DNA from: Naegleria gruberi
Taxonomy: Eukaryota
Direction: 5' to 3' (one strand)
DNA length: 64,000 bases
NCBI GenBank assembly: GCA_000004985.1
Contig: GG738876.1
Position 1 is the first letter of the stretch. Each line of letters starts with the position of its first letter. Positions 1 through 9,790 of this stretch are shown piece after piece. Made by a program: the position numbers and the translations under genes. The notes below the pieces were generated by a model. It had not been told where the DNA came from. It saw only the letters and a program-made list of their open reading frames with translations, and searched no databases.

Positions 1-3000
1 TGATAATTCTCACAGAATCTTCCTTATCATAGGTAGTGACACAGAGTTTGAAATCTGGAAGAACTAGCTCTCTTTGAGAAGGTTGTGGTCTTTCCTTTTG
101 AAGATCCCATTTCTTTGGTGGTTCCTTCTTCTTTCTGTCCATTGTAGAGGAAGTACCATTGGCAGAGTTGACCTTCATGAAAGAGATGAGTTCATTTCTT
201 CCTTCTGAGATTACACATTCTGGGAATTGAGTTTGTGTATCATCAGTAAAGTAGATGAGACGAATTTGATTATCTTTGAATGGATAATTAATATCATCTT
301 CATCTTCATTATCCTTACTCTTGACACCATTTCTCATATTATTAATCTCATCTTCTAAAAGGGAAGAAAAGACATTCTGTTCGAAATTGCCAGTAGTTTG
401 GCAGAGAGATTCAAGATCAGAAACTTTCTTGAGTTGATTTTGAAGTACATTACGTTTCTCCTTAGTATGCCAATTGTGACAAAAGTGAATCTTGAGAACA
501 TTCTTCTCAGAATAACTATAGTCCACCAACATTCCAACGACATCACCTGAATAGTAACGTTGATTGTTAATTTCAAAACAGTGATGACAGCTGCCACTTG
601 GCCAAATGAAATTATCATAATGAGAAGGATTGAAATCTTTTGGTGCATCTGAATTATCAGATCCAGTAAAGTGAATATTTGGAACAATTCCAACACCAAG
701 ATTGATTCCTCCAATCTTTTCTACATAGAATTCAAAGTAGTATAAATTATTTGGAGTAAAGATTTGTTCACTTGTGGCATTTCTCCATCTGTAATCATTA
801 GGTGATTTCTTATTATCAGTTTCCATTAGTCTACTGATACAAGTATTATAAAGTACAGAATTCTTGGTAATGTCATTCTCTTTGGCAAGACCAGAAATAT
901 TTAACATGTTAGAGTCCTCACTGCAGGCATTCTTTGGACTGACTTGGAAAATTGGGAGTAAATAGTTAGGATTTAAATCAAATCTTGCAGGAATTGAATG
1001 CAAGTAGTGGTATGAATATTGCCACCACACTAATTCTTCCTGAACTGGAGGGTTGGAAATGAAAAAGTTTGCATTACTTCCAGAATTTTGTACAGCTCCA
1101 GTGGCTTGGAAGGATCCCATATTTTCATCGATTGCAAGATTGGAGAATTCAGAAGCATTTGAAATGTTGAGCATTCCTTGCAACCAATCACCAAGTTTGG
1201 CAATTTTAGAAGTTGGACAATCAGAACCACCATTCAATTGTTTAGAATAGATGGCATTCAGTAATTTCTTATCTACAGGTGGTTCAAGACAATCAGTTCT
1301 TGGAATATTGAAATAGGATTCACATATTAATTTCCAAAAATGAACATTCTTGAAATAGTTATGATACATGTAATTATTTACAAAACAAATTGAGAAAATT
1401 CCATATCTTGTCTGACTCATATATTGATATTCATCATCCATACTATCTTTGGAAGAAATGGAAATTCTGCTTGGATTAGGTTTAGAAGATTCCATCAAAT
1501 TCTTGACGAATCTCTTTTTCAAAAATTGATTATGTACAGATTGTTTAGCTTCGGTATGTAACTTTTTCAAATACTTTTCTCTAATATTCCAATAGGTATT
1601 ATATTCATGACACAACTCATCTTGATGAGGAATGAAAGTAATGATATGAAGAATCATTTCAAAAGGCAAGTCAATCAGTGATGGTTCATCATTATTAGCA
1701 GTAGAAGTAGTAGAATAACCAACAAATTGTTTGACGTCTCCATTAAACCTCGACAAGTGTGTCAGTGAAGAATGACTAGAACTATGAGTTAATGTCGTTG
1801 TCATATTTTTCTCGTCCAATACCATCATCTCTTTCATATTGATGGTTGGACTGTTGACCATCATTTGATGATCATAATTTACAGCATATTGGTGTTGATG
1901 GAAAGTTGATGATAACCTATTATTATTATTGGTATTTTGTTGTTGTTGCTTGTTCTGAGGAAGCATTTCAATGAATCCAAGAGGATGTACCTCATTGGGG
2001 AAGTAGTGATTAATAATTGTATTACCCATACTTGTTGTTGTTGTGTTTGTTTCAAAGATAGTACTATTGGTATCAGTTATTGTACAGGTTGTTAGTTGAG
2101 AATCAATGATTCTACTTGGATCCTCTTCCTGATGATTACTTTTAAAAGTGCAATAACTACTATTCTTGTAGGCAAAATTGGCAGGAGCAATAGAATCTTC
2201 TCCCAAAGAAGCACTAGGAGTTAAAGTTGAATCTTCTTTGACAGCAATAGCGAAGGAGGAATGGTCTTGTTTTTTCTTATTGATGTTAATATTAATAACA
2301 TCAGCACCACAACAGTCAAACCTCTTATCAGGATTCTCTTGTTGTTGTTCGTCGTTTAGATTTTGATCAGGTAGTGAAAATTGGTGTTTTTGGAAAGGTT
2401 GATACGATAATGGTTCCTCGCTGTTTGGAGATGATAATGTCTCTTCAGAATAATTGATCTTGTTACCTTGTTGATCATAAAGAACTGTTGTAGTGGCTGA
2501 ATAAAAACCATGATGGTGGTTAGTTTTTGACAGAGTATTAATTTGGTTGGATTTCTCGATTTTAGTAGAGACACTTGTCAAATCACTTAGAATACAAAGC
2601 TTGTTAAAGGACTCGGTATGTTCTTTGACTTGTTGTTGAGAACTGGCAGTAGTAGAATCATCATTGTAAACAGGAGTGCAGCACAAAAATTGATTAAGGG
2701 ATTTTAAGTGCGATTTACAGTGTTTTTCCTCCTCAATCAAATTTGTGGCGCCATTTTGCATGTTAACGGAAGATTGCTTTGAGGATTTGAATGATGAGCA
2801 AATTGCAGCAATATCTTTGGTGGAGAAGGTTTGTTGTCTGTGATGATAATCATTATTATTATTCGGATGTTGTGTGTATTCATCTGGGTATTCATCTAAT
2901 TGCATTGAATCTTCCTTATGATTATTATTATGGAGTGTTTGAGCTGAAATATTTGAACCTTCATCGAGTGCTATCATATTATCTTCATAATTTTGTGGTT

Positions 3001-3214
3001 CGACCAGAACTGTTGAATGATGGCTAGTAGTGGCTGCAGTCAGCCGAGGGGAATAATACAATGCAGCTTGTTCAATCTGTATGGATGATGCTAATGGTGT
3101 CGGTGAGGCAACCATCATTAGAGTTGTAGATGATTCAGTAGTACTACTTCTGCTAAATTCACCACACAGAGGTGATGTGTACGATGCTGTATTGTTATCA
3201 GAGAAGATGGTCAT
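1..3214 (-). CDS. F-box/SPRY-domain protein, N/Q-rich, 3-prime-truncated by the window edge (more than 1070 codons; ATG at 3214, upstream in-frame TAG at 3269-3271)
   Basis: I reverse-complemented and translated 3214 to 1 by hand and found one open frame. It starts MTIFSDNNTAS. It contains an F-box-like motif (LPFEMILHIITFIPHQDEL). Near the C-terminal part there is a SPRY/B30.2-like block (YYFEFYVEKIGGINLGVGIVPNIHFTG...YYSGDVVGMLVDYSYSEKNVLKIHFCHNWH). The ORF track omits it because it runs off the window. The track ORFs 355..714, 1030..1233, 1053..1250, 2178..2366, 2356..2574 and 2791..3027 are wrong-frame or antisense overlaps of it. Confidence 0.55.
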   Translation of the reverse strand, partial: MTIFSDNNTASYTSPLCGEFSRSSTTESSTTLMMVASPTPLASSIQIEQAALYYSPRLTAATTSHHSTVLVEPQNYEDNMIALDEGSNISAQTLHNNNHKEDSMQLDEYPDEYTQHPNNNNDYHHRQQTFSTKDIAAICSSFKSSKQSSVNMQNGATNLIEEEKHCKSHLKSLNQFLCCTPVYNDDSTTASSQQQVKEHTESFNKLCILSDLTSVSTKIEKSNQINTLSKTNHHHGFYSATTTVLYDQQGNKINYSEETLSSPNSEEPLSYQPFQKHQFSLPDQNLNDEQQQENPDKRFDCCGADVINININKKKQDHSSFAIAVKEDSTLTPSASLGEDSIAPANFAYKNSSYCTFKSNHQEEDPSRIIDSQLTTCTITDTNSTIFETNTTTTSMGNTIINHYFPNEVHPLGFIEMLPQNKQQQQNTNNNNRLSSTFHQHQYAVNYDHQMMVNSPTINMKEMMVLDEKNMTTTLTHSSSHSSLTHLSRFNGDVKQFVGYSTTSTANNDEPSLIDLPFEMILHIITFIPHQDELCHEYNTYWNIREKYLKKLHTEAKQSVHNQFLKKRFVKNLMESSKPNPSRISISSKDSMDDEYQYMSQTRYGIFSICFVNNYMYHNYFKNVHFWKLICESYFNIPRTDCLEPPVDKKLLNAIYSKQLNGGSDCPTSKIAKLGDWLQGMLNISNASEFSNLAIDENMGSFQATGAVQNSGSNANFFISNPPVQEELVWWQYSYHYLHSIPARFDLNPNYLLPIFQVSPKNACSEDSNMLNISGLAKENDITKNSVLYNTCISRLMETDNKKSPNDYRWRNATSEQIFTPNNLYYFEFYVEKIGGINLGVGIVPNIHFTGSDNSDAPKDFNPSHYDNFIWPSGSCHHCFEINNQRYYSGDVVGMLVDYSYSEKNVLKIHFCHNWHTKEKRNVLQNQLKKVSDLESLCQTTGNFEQNVFSSLLEDEINNMRNGVKSKDNEDEDDINYPFKDNQIRLIYFTDDTQTQFPECVISEGRNELISFMKVNSANGTSSTMDRKKKEPPKKWDLQKERPQPSQRELVLPDFKLCVTTYDKEDSVRII

Positions 3215-3324
3215 TTGGTTTTTTCTAAATGAATGTTGTGCTGGTGTGGTGTGAGTGTGAATGCACTTCTAGGAGAATTGGAGAGGATTTGGATTTACAG
3301 TAAAATGCACAAAATTCTAATGGA

Positions 3325-3345
3325 CAGATTTGGTTTCGAAATCTG
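3325..3345. other. Perfect 7-bp hairpin CAGATTT-ggtttcg-AAATCTG in the intergenic region 3-prime of the tubulin gene and 5-prime of the F-box gene
   Basis: Inverted repeat read directly from the sequence. It superficially resembles a tRNA T-arm (GGTTTCGAA), but no cloverleaf can be built around it. Confidence 0.4.
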
Positions 3346-3714
3346 TGTTATTGTTGGAGTGAGTGTTAGTGATGATACAAAGATCAGTCAGTTGATATTC
3401 TTTTGATATTCTTTTTTACTTGGAGAAAGAAGAATGGGATTCGAATGCATCTTTTTGAACAACGGTGAGCAGTTGTTGTCATCTGTTTTCGTGTGACAGT
3501 TATTAATAATCCAATTGCCAAATGAGATTTATTTCATTACCTGTAACTGAATGAAATGAGTAATGATATAAAGGATGATAATCATTGATAAAAAGGGTAA
3601 ATTCATTCTAAATCATATCAGGGCGATAGCTAGTCCATTTCAGGATTAATACCATATCAATAGAATGGCTAGCTATCTCTTTGTTCCAACTTTCTAAAAT
3701 ATCCGCAATTAATA

Positions 3715-5106
3715 TTACATATGTTGATAATCGTACAATATTTGCTCTGTTCTCATAAACATCTCTTCCATTTCTACCTTTCCAACATGGTGTTTCTCGT
3801 AGTGGTGAGTGTACGCCTTTGCATTAAACATTTGGAATGCTTTGGAAATTACCTTATCTAATTGAGGCACAATTGACTGACAATTACTCATTAAGAATGC
3901 AGTTTTCTCAAATCCATTAAATCCTGCTGGATTCTCATTAATATTAATTTTCATAGCTTCCCTTGGATTGATGTAGGATGAGTAAATTTTACTGTTGAAA
4001 AATGGATTGACAAGTTCTGCTTGGATTCCTCCAACTTCTTTTCCTCTCAAAATCATTAAATTGGTTATTGATTTGTTGATCATTGAGTCCCATCTTCTAT
4101 CAGATAAATTCACTTTCCAATTAATACATTCCTCAATAGGAGCATCCGCAATAAGCATTTGATGTAAATGCTTCATTAATCCTTCCCATCTAAAAACACT
4201 ATAATCTTTGCTTTTTGCTGACATGTGTGGTATTATTCTCGAATTTATAATCTTGTAAGCTGGATGCGAGCAAAGGTGTTGGATTGGATCATACAATAGT
4301 TGGCATGCATTATCAGCACAAGTAATTGGAGAGCTAGGTAAAGCTAAGCAACTCATATGGTCAGCAATGACAGTATTCATGTCATTGAATGAAGGACTTT
4401 CTATTCCCATCAATCTTTTACAAGTTAAAAACAATTGGTCATTTTTGAAACAGTAAATACTATCAGAAATTTCATATAATTTCTGTAGTGTGAGCAGAGT
4501 ATTATAATTCTGTACAATGACTTCTCCTGCCTCGTGAGGCCAAACAACTTGGTTCATGAGTAATGAATGAGGAAATTCATCTCTCAAAGTTTGAGAAATA
4601 TGACAACCCATTCCAGAACCAGTTCCACCAGCCATACTTTGCAGAAGAACAAATCCTGATAAACAATCACACAACTCTGCTTCCTTTCTCACTTTTTCCA
4701 AAATTGAATCTCCACAATTAGGTCCATGTACATTAAATCCATATGCCCAATTATTAGCACTTCCTGATTGTTGATGATAAACATTATTTGTATCATATTC
4801 AAATAATTGATTTTCATGCTTCCGATTTGCTGTATTCAATGTATTGTGTATTACTTTCGGTTCCATATCAATCAATAAGGCTCTTGCAATCATTGGATCG
4901 GAAGGATTTTTTGTATTGGGTCTAAAGAAACAATCCATAGCAGAGTCTCCGAAAGGTAAATAACGTTCCTCATTCACTACAAACTTGTCCCCAGCAACAA
5001 CTCTATTCAATCTATTTTGTATGAGTTGGGATGATAAATTCTGAAAAAACGAAAGCCCAACTTGATTACCACATTGGCCAATTTGGAGTGTTATCACATT
5101 GCTCAT
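3715..5106 (-). CDS. delta-tubulin (tubulin superfamily, TUBD1-like), single exon, 463 aa
   Basis: Tubulin GTP-binding loops GQCGNQVG and GGTGSGMG are present. Segments align closely with human delta-tubulin rather than alpha, beta or gamma. Matching segments: MSNVITLQIGQCGNQ; ARALLIDMEPKVIHNTLN; NNWAYGFNVHGP; FVLLQSMAGGTGSGMG; MNQVVWPHEAGEVIVQNYNTLLTL. ATG at 5106, TAA at 3715-3717. Confidence 0.75.
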   Translation of the reverse strand: MSNVITLQIGQCGNQVGLSFFQNLSSQLIQNRLNRVVAGDKFVVNEERYLPFGDSAMDCFFRPNTKNPSDPMIARALLIDMEPKVIHNTLNTANRKHENQLFEYDTNNVYHQQSGSANNWAYGFNVHGPNCGDSILEKVRKEAELCDCLSGFVLLQSMAGGTGSGMGCHISQTLRDEFPHSLLMNQVVWPHEAGEVIVQNYNTLLTLQKLYEISDSIYCFKNDQLFLTCKRLMGIESPSFNDMNTVIADHMSCLALPSSPITCADNACQLLYDPIQHLCSHPAYKIINSRIIPHMSAKSKDYSVFRWEGLMKHLHQMLIADAPIEECINWKVNLSDRRWDSMINKSITNLMILRGKEVGGIQAELVNPFFNSKIYSSYINPREAMKININENPAGFNGFEKTAFLMSNCQSIVPQLDKVISKAFQMFNAKAYTHHYEKHHVGKVEMEEMFMRTEQILYDYQHM

Positions 5107-5178
5107 ATTTTTTTTTAAATTATTTAGTAAAAGAATTTACAATTTTGTATTTTGAAATTAAGAATTAAGAATTTTTTA

Positions 5179-6273
5179 TTAATTAAATATTAAGAGTTTT
5201 AATAGCCTCTTGATTTTATGATTTTTTAAAAATTCATGAGCTAGTAATTTTAATTCATTAAAACTTTTACAACTTTGATTAAAAATAATAATAGAAGAAA
5301 ATAAACCAATAAATTGTTGTTCCATAAATGAATCATGACCAAAATAAATATCCATCTCAGTTTGTAAATAACTATCATCATTACATAAAAGTAATTCATT
5401 ATCAATAAAAGATAAATCAAAATAATATTCAACTCCATTTAATAGACACAATATTTCTCTATTATTATTATTATTATTATTAATTATTAAATGTTTATAA
5501 ATAAATCTCCGAGGTTCAATAGATTCAATGATGGATTTTGGATTATTATTATAGGATATCCAAATATCATTCCATTCACCTTCTTTTAATGGATTAAATG
5601 AAGTATTATTATTATTAAATGAATTAATTAAATTATTATTATTTAAATTATTATCATCATTTAAATTATTAATTGCATGATTAAATGATATATTATTATT
5701 AAATGAAAAATAATCTTTTGAATTATTTAATGTAATTGAATCTATATCAAGTTTAAACCATTTACTTCCTCTTCCAAAACATAGAATACATTGACCACTT
5801 CCTCTTTCAATAAATAATCTTAATAATATTGTAAATCCAGTATAATTAAATAAATGTTCAGGTGCAACTATGGGTCCAACTTTAGGTCGATAAGTTGAAT
5901 ATTCTCCATCAAGTATTGAACCAATTTCTGGATGAATAAATTCTTCATTTTGATAAATATAGGATCTGTAATCAATTCGTTGTTGATCTGTTGTGTGATA
6001 TTTTAATGATTTTGGATATTCATGTAATAGACTATTATTGGAATGTTTAGGAGAATCAATAAATAAATTAAAATCTGAACTATTCACATCAGTTAGTAAT
6101 GATTGAAACCAAAAATTCATTTCACTATGTTTTTTAGATAGCTTTTCTTTTAATCCTGTTGATAATGGATTCATTGTTGATTCGGAATGATGAAAATCAA
6201 TTAATATTAAATTGACCATTTTTTTTGATTGATGAAATTGAAACATCAAAAGTAATGAACATGATAAGTGCAT
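5179..6273 (-). CDS. hypothetical Asn-rich protein; compositional outlier with AT-rich codons
   Basis: ORF 5179..6279 in the track starts on ATT. The first true ATG is two codons in (MHLSCS...). Long poly-N runs are encoded by (AAT)n and (ATT)n. No recognisable domain. It could be a fast-evolving orphan gene. Confidence 0.35.
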   Translation of the reverse strand: MHLSCSLLLMFQFHQSKKMVNLILIDFHHSESTMNPLSTGLKEKLSKKHSEMNFWFQSLLTDVNSSDFNLFIDSPKHSNNSLLHEYPKSLKYHTTDQQRIDYRSYIYQNEEFIHPEIGSILDGEYSTYRPKVGPIVAPEHLFNYTGFTILLRLFIERGSGQCILCFGRGSKWFKLDIDSITLNNSKDYFSFNNNISFNHAINNLNDDNNLNNNNLINSFNNNNTSFNPLKEGEWNDIWISYNNNPKSIIESIEPRRFIYKHLIINNNNNNNREILCLLNGVEYYFDLSFIDNELLLCNDDSYLQTEMDIYFGHDSFMEQQFIGLFSSIIIFNQSCKSFNELKLLAHEFLKNHKIKRLLKLLIFN

Positions 6274-6499
6274 TATCAATATGTAATAAAGTGTAGTTTA
6301 ACAGCATTACAATTTGTAGTATAACCTCAACGATTTCCAAAATAAAATCTTTGTAAAAGTGATTTTTTTCCACTATTTACTGTACAATAGAATTAGGCAA
6401 GTATTTTTGTAAAAAACATCTTCTGGGACATGTGTTAGAAACCACAAAAAAATATTGCCACACTCTTGATCTGTGCACATCAAACATTTGACGAAGAAA

Positions 6500-8139
6500 A
6501 TGTGGGGACAAAGGAAAAAACCTGCTGCTGTTGAAAAAGCCAAGCCAATCCAAGTGAATCCAATTCATGCCGACAAGATTGTTCGACAAATTATTGCCAA
6601 ACACAATTGGCATGGTAAAATTGATAGAATGGATATTGTGAAGAAGTGGGAGAAGGAGAGTATGGACTCTGGCATTTCCAAATCTAGTTTTCTTGTGGCT
6701 ATGGATATTTTGAAAGATATCAAGGAGCTTTCACACACTCAAAAATCATGTTGTGGACACTGTGGTGCCACTCCTAAAAAGAGAGCATACACAGATCACA
6801 ATAGTGATAATGATGTGGATGAGAATGAAACTCTATTCGAAACAGCCAAGAAGAGGGATAAACCTGCTTCTGATCTTGAAGAACCAAAAAAGAAAAAGAA
6901 ATCTGAAGATGATGACGAAAATGACGAAGATGATGAAGATGATGAGGCATATTATTGGAGAAGTACCAAATTCTGTTTGTGTCCATGTGCTCATTGTGCA
7001 TTTGAAGAGAAACAAGTTGGTTTGAACATTTGTCACCAACAAGAAGATCTCATTCCAAAAGAATTAGCAGAAAGAGTCAAGAAACAATTTAGTGAATTGG
7101 TTGAGAATATTCCAGAGGATAAATATGATTGGCATCCTGGATCAAACCAACAGGTTTTGGATATTATTCATCCATCTCTCTATTGCTACTCTAAAAAGCA
7201 TAGCAAATTCAATGGAAAGTTTGAGGATGCAAAACAATTGGAGAAACAAATGGAAACAGCGAAAGTTGAAACACAATGGTTACCAACTGATTTTGAGATC
7301 CAAGAAAATGGAAAAGTCAAACCATTATCATATATTAACAATGTTGATCCAAAAAGTCAGAAAGAATTACAAGAAACCATTTGTGATGTATTGTCACGTT
7401 TCATTGAACCTGTCAAACAATTTATTCCAAAACTTAATGAAAAGAAGGTTCAAGTTATCATTAAGGCTGCTAATGTAATTGTTACACCTGAACAAGGTTT
7501 CTATCCAGGTGGTACATGGCACACTGAAGGTGACAGTGAGAATATTCTTGCCACTGGTATTTACTATTACGAATGTGAAAATGTGAAGGAAAGTGTATTG
7601 GAATTCAGAGCTTCATTGGATGAAGAGAATTTCTATGATATTGAACAGGATGGTGTTGAACAGGCCTGGAATGAATATGGTGTAAGTATTATTATTTCTT
7701 TGGATAATAACAAGTATTTCTATAGATTCATGACGGTGATCTTTTGCTTAAACATTTGGGTGGTGTAAAAACAACTGAAGGTAAATGCATTGTTTTCCCA
7801 AATCAACATCAACACAGAGTGAAGCATTTCTTCCCAAAGGATGCAACTAAGAATGCTGTTAGAAAAATCCTCGTCTTTTTCTTTGTTGATCCAAAAAAGC
7901 CAATAGTTTCTACATCTAACATTGATAATCAGAGAAGAGATGTAGCCATTTCAAGTGCTCTTCCACTTGCTAAGAAGATTACTTTCCCTGTTTTAATTGA
8001 ACATGTAATTCCATTCCTACCATTGATGACTAGAAAACAAGCTGAAGAGGAACGTGTCAAACTAATGGATCATAGAAAATTTAAAAGATCTAAGGATAAT
8101 GAAGAAGTGGAAAGACCTTTCTCGTTGTGTGAACATTAA
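6500..8139 (+). CDS. DUF4246-family protein (fungal-type), 2 exons: 6500..7681 and 7726..8139
   Basis: Conserved DUF4246 blocks: YDWHPGSNQQVLDIIHPSLY, HDGDLLKHLGGV, EGKCIVFPNQHQHRV, ILVFFFVDPKKP. Intron 7682..7725 is 44 nt, donor GTAAGT, acceptor TATAG, phase 0. Track ORF 6473 starts on GTG; the real ATG is at 6500 (context aaaATG). Confidence 0.7.
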
Positions 8140-8176
8140 CCTCCAACCAATTGACTTGAATGGAAATAAAAATCAT

Positions 8177-9634
8177 TTATTTACCTTCCATTTTGCTTTT
8201 CCAAGTATTAAGCCACATTTGCTTTAAATCCTTTTCTTGTTCTTCATTCGTTATCAAAATTGGATCACCATGAGCCATAACTACACCATTCCACTTCAGA
8301 TTTGTAATAAATTCCAAGCTTTTTTGAATCTTGTCACGTTCTGTGAATAATTTATCATCCACAAACGGAATATTCATTGTGTCTGCAAAATTAAAGAAAC
8401 GTGAATATTTGATGACGTAAGGCTCTAATTCTGGTTGCCTCAATCTGATAATTGCCTTTTCACGATTATTTTCATCTATTCTTTGATTTCCTTTGAGATT
8501 CATCATTAAATCACAAGAAACAATAAATCCAGATTTTCTATGATAAAGTAATGCCTCTTCAACACTAGTATCCAATCCTCTAAATCTAATAATATCAAAA
8601 TGACGAGAAACTAAATCCACAACTGGCTTTCTCAAATCCTTGGCCTGTTCCTTCTTTGAAACTCCAGCAAATCTTCCAAATTCCATAAATAATTCTGGAT
8701 CAATATTTACAACAGTATCTACTGAAATTTCCTTTCTAACAATCACATTCTTTCTTGCCTCCTCTTGGAATCTTTCCCTTGCATCCTTTTGACAAATGAA
8801 TAAAACTCTTGGTGCTGGAAGATTATCACGTGAAGGTTTGAAAACATATTCATAAAAGTAATCTCCAAAGAATTTGTGATGTTCATGATTTGGAAGGATA
8901 ACAACCATAGTATTTGATTTTGATTGACTGAGCAATCCATCCACATTCTTCTTTGTACTTTCATTCAAATGAGTTGGATTATAAACAACTATTAAGTTAG
9001 CATCCTTTTCTTCAACCTTTGCAATAAAACTATTACTGGAAATTGCCACCAAATCAGACATGCAAAAGTGATGTCTATTTGTATAGAGAGCATACTCTTC
9101 ATCATTACTTCCTTCCGAGCTTGTTAATAATTTCAAAGCACCATCATTAGCACTTTCATCAATCATTTCATGATATTTGGTATATTGTAATAAAAATCCA
9201 GTTGCCACAGCAAAGCAAATAGCAACATTCAACATTACTTTTGATTTTGGTCTTGGCTCTGCTTTTTCATTAGAATCCGATGATGATGATGATGAATTTT
9301 CCTCCTTCTTTTTCTGTGAATCTGAAGCCTTAAATTTCATAGGCTTTGTTGGAGTAGCTCCAACTCCTGTTCCTTTTAATAATACTCCTCCTCTTCCTGG
9401 TGAATTTCCATAGTTTGCTGCCCTATCCAAACTAGTATTATTACTTCCGTTAGATGCTGCTGTTGTTGATGATGATGGAGAATTTCTATTCAATAAATTA
9501 GAATGAAAACAATTCTTCTTATTAAAATTCGGAATGATGGATTGGATTACTAAATTATTTTGCTTTTTTCCAATCGGAGTGGAAATCAATGATTTTTTAG
9601 CAGCAGTACAACAATTATTCAAACATCGATGCAT
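8177..9634 (-). CDS. type II membrane protein with large C-terminal luminal domain; possible Golgi glycosyltransferase-like, family not recognised
   Basis: 485-aa ORF. S/N-rich cytosolic N-terminus, single TM helix (VMLNVAICFAVATGFLLQY), then a roughly 330-aa globular domain. ATG at 9634. Convergent with the DUF4246 gene, with a 37-nt gap between stop codons. Confidence 0.45.
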   Translation of the reverse strand: MHRCLNNCCTAAKKSLISTPIGKKQNNLVIQSIIPNFNKKNCFHSNLLNRNSPSSSTTAASNGSNNTSLDRAANYGNSPGRGGVLLKGTGVGATPTKPMKFKASDSQKKKEENSSSSSSDSNEKAEPRPKSKVMLNVAICFAVATGFLLQYTKYHEMIDESANDGALKLLTSSEGSNDEEYALYTNRHHFCMSDLVAISSNSFIAKVEEKDANLIVVYNPTHLNESTKKNVDGLLSQSKSNTMVVILPNHEHHKFFGDYFYEYVFKPSRDNLPAPRVLFICQKDARERFQEEARKNVIVRKEISVDTVVNIDPELFMEFGRFAGVSKKEQAKDLRKPVVDLVSRHFDIIRFRGLDTSVEEALLYHRKSGFIVSCDLMMNLKGNQRIDENNREKAIIRLRQPELEPYVIKYSRFFNFADTMNIPFVDDKLFTERDKIQKSLEFITNLKWNGVVMAHGDPILITNEEQEKDLKQMWLNTWKSKMEGK

Positions 9635-9790
9635 TTTTTTCTTCTTTTTCTCATCACTATTTAAATATTTTACAGTGTTAAATATATTGCTTAAATACAG
9701 TATTGGTTCTCAATAAGGAAACACTAATCCATCGAGTAATGTTATCTTTAATACAATTTCTCTAAAACTCCCCTAAAACGCGTAAAAAAA

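Noticed and set aside
3325-3345. tRNA-like GGTTTCGAA element
   Set aside because: It is only an isolated 7-bp hairpin. No acceptor, D or anticodon arms can be formed around it. I found no tRNA, rRNA or snRNA gene anywhere in the window by eye.
3715-5106. Initial reading of the tubulin as a divergent gamma-tubulin
   Set aside because: Block-by-block comparison fits delta-tubulin much better. The matching blocks are MSNVITLQIGQCGNQVG, ARALLIDMEPKVI, NNWAYGF.VHGP, SMAGGTGSGMG and MNQVVWPHEAGEVIVQNYN. Gamma-tubulins of most lineages are far more conserved than this sequence would imply.
6753-7478. ORFs 6753..7025 (+), 6774..7001 (−), 6833..7042 (−), 7092..7478 (+)
   Set aside because: They are alternative-frame or antisense readings inside the DUF4246 gene. 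In particular they cover its acidic KKKKSEDDDENDEDDEDDE stretch.
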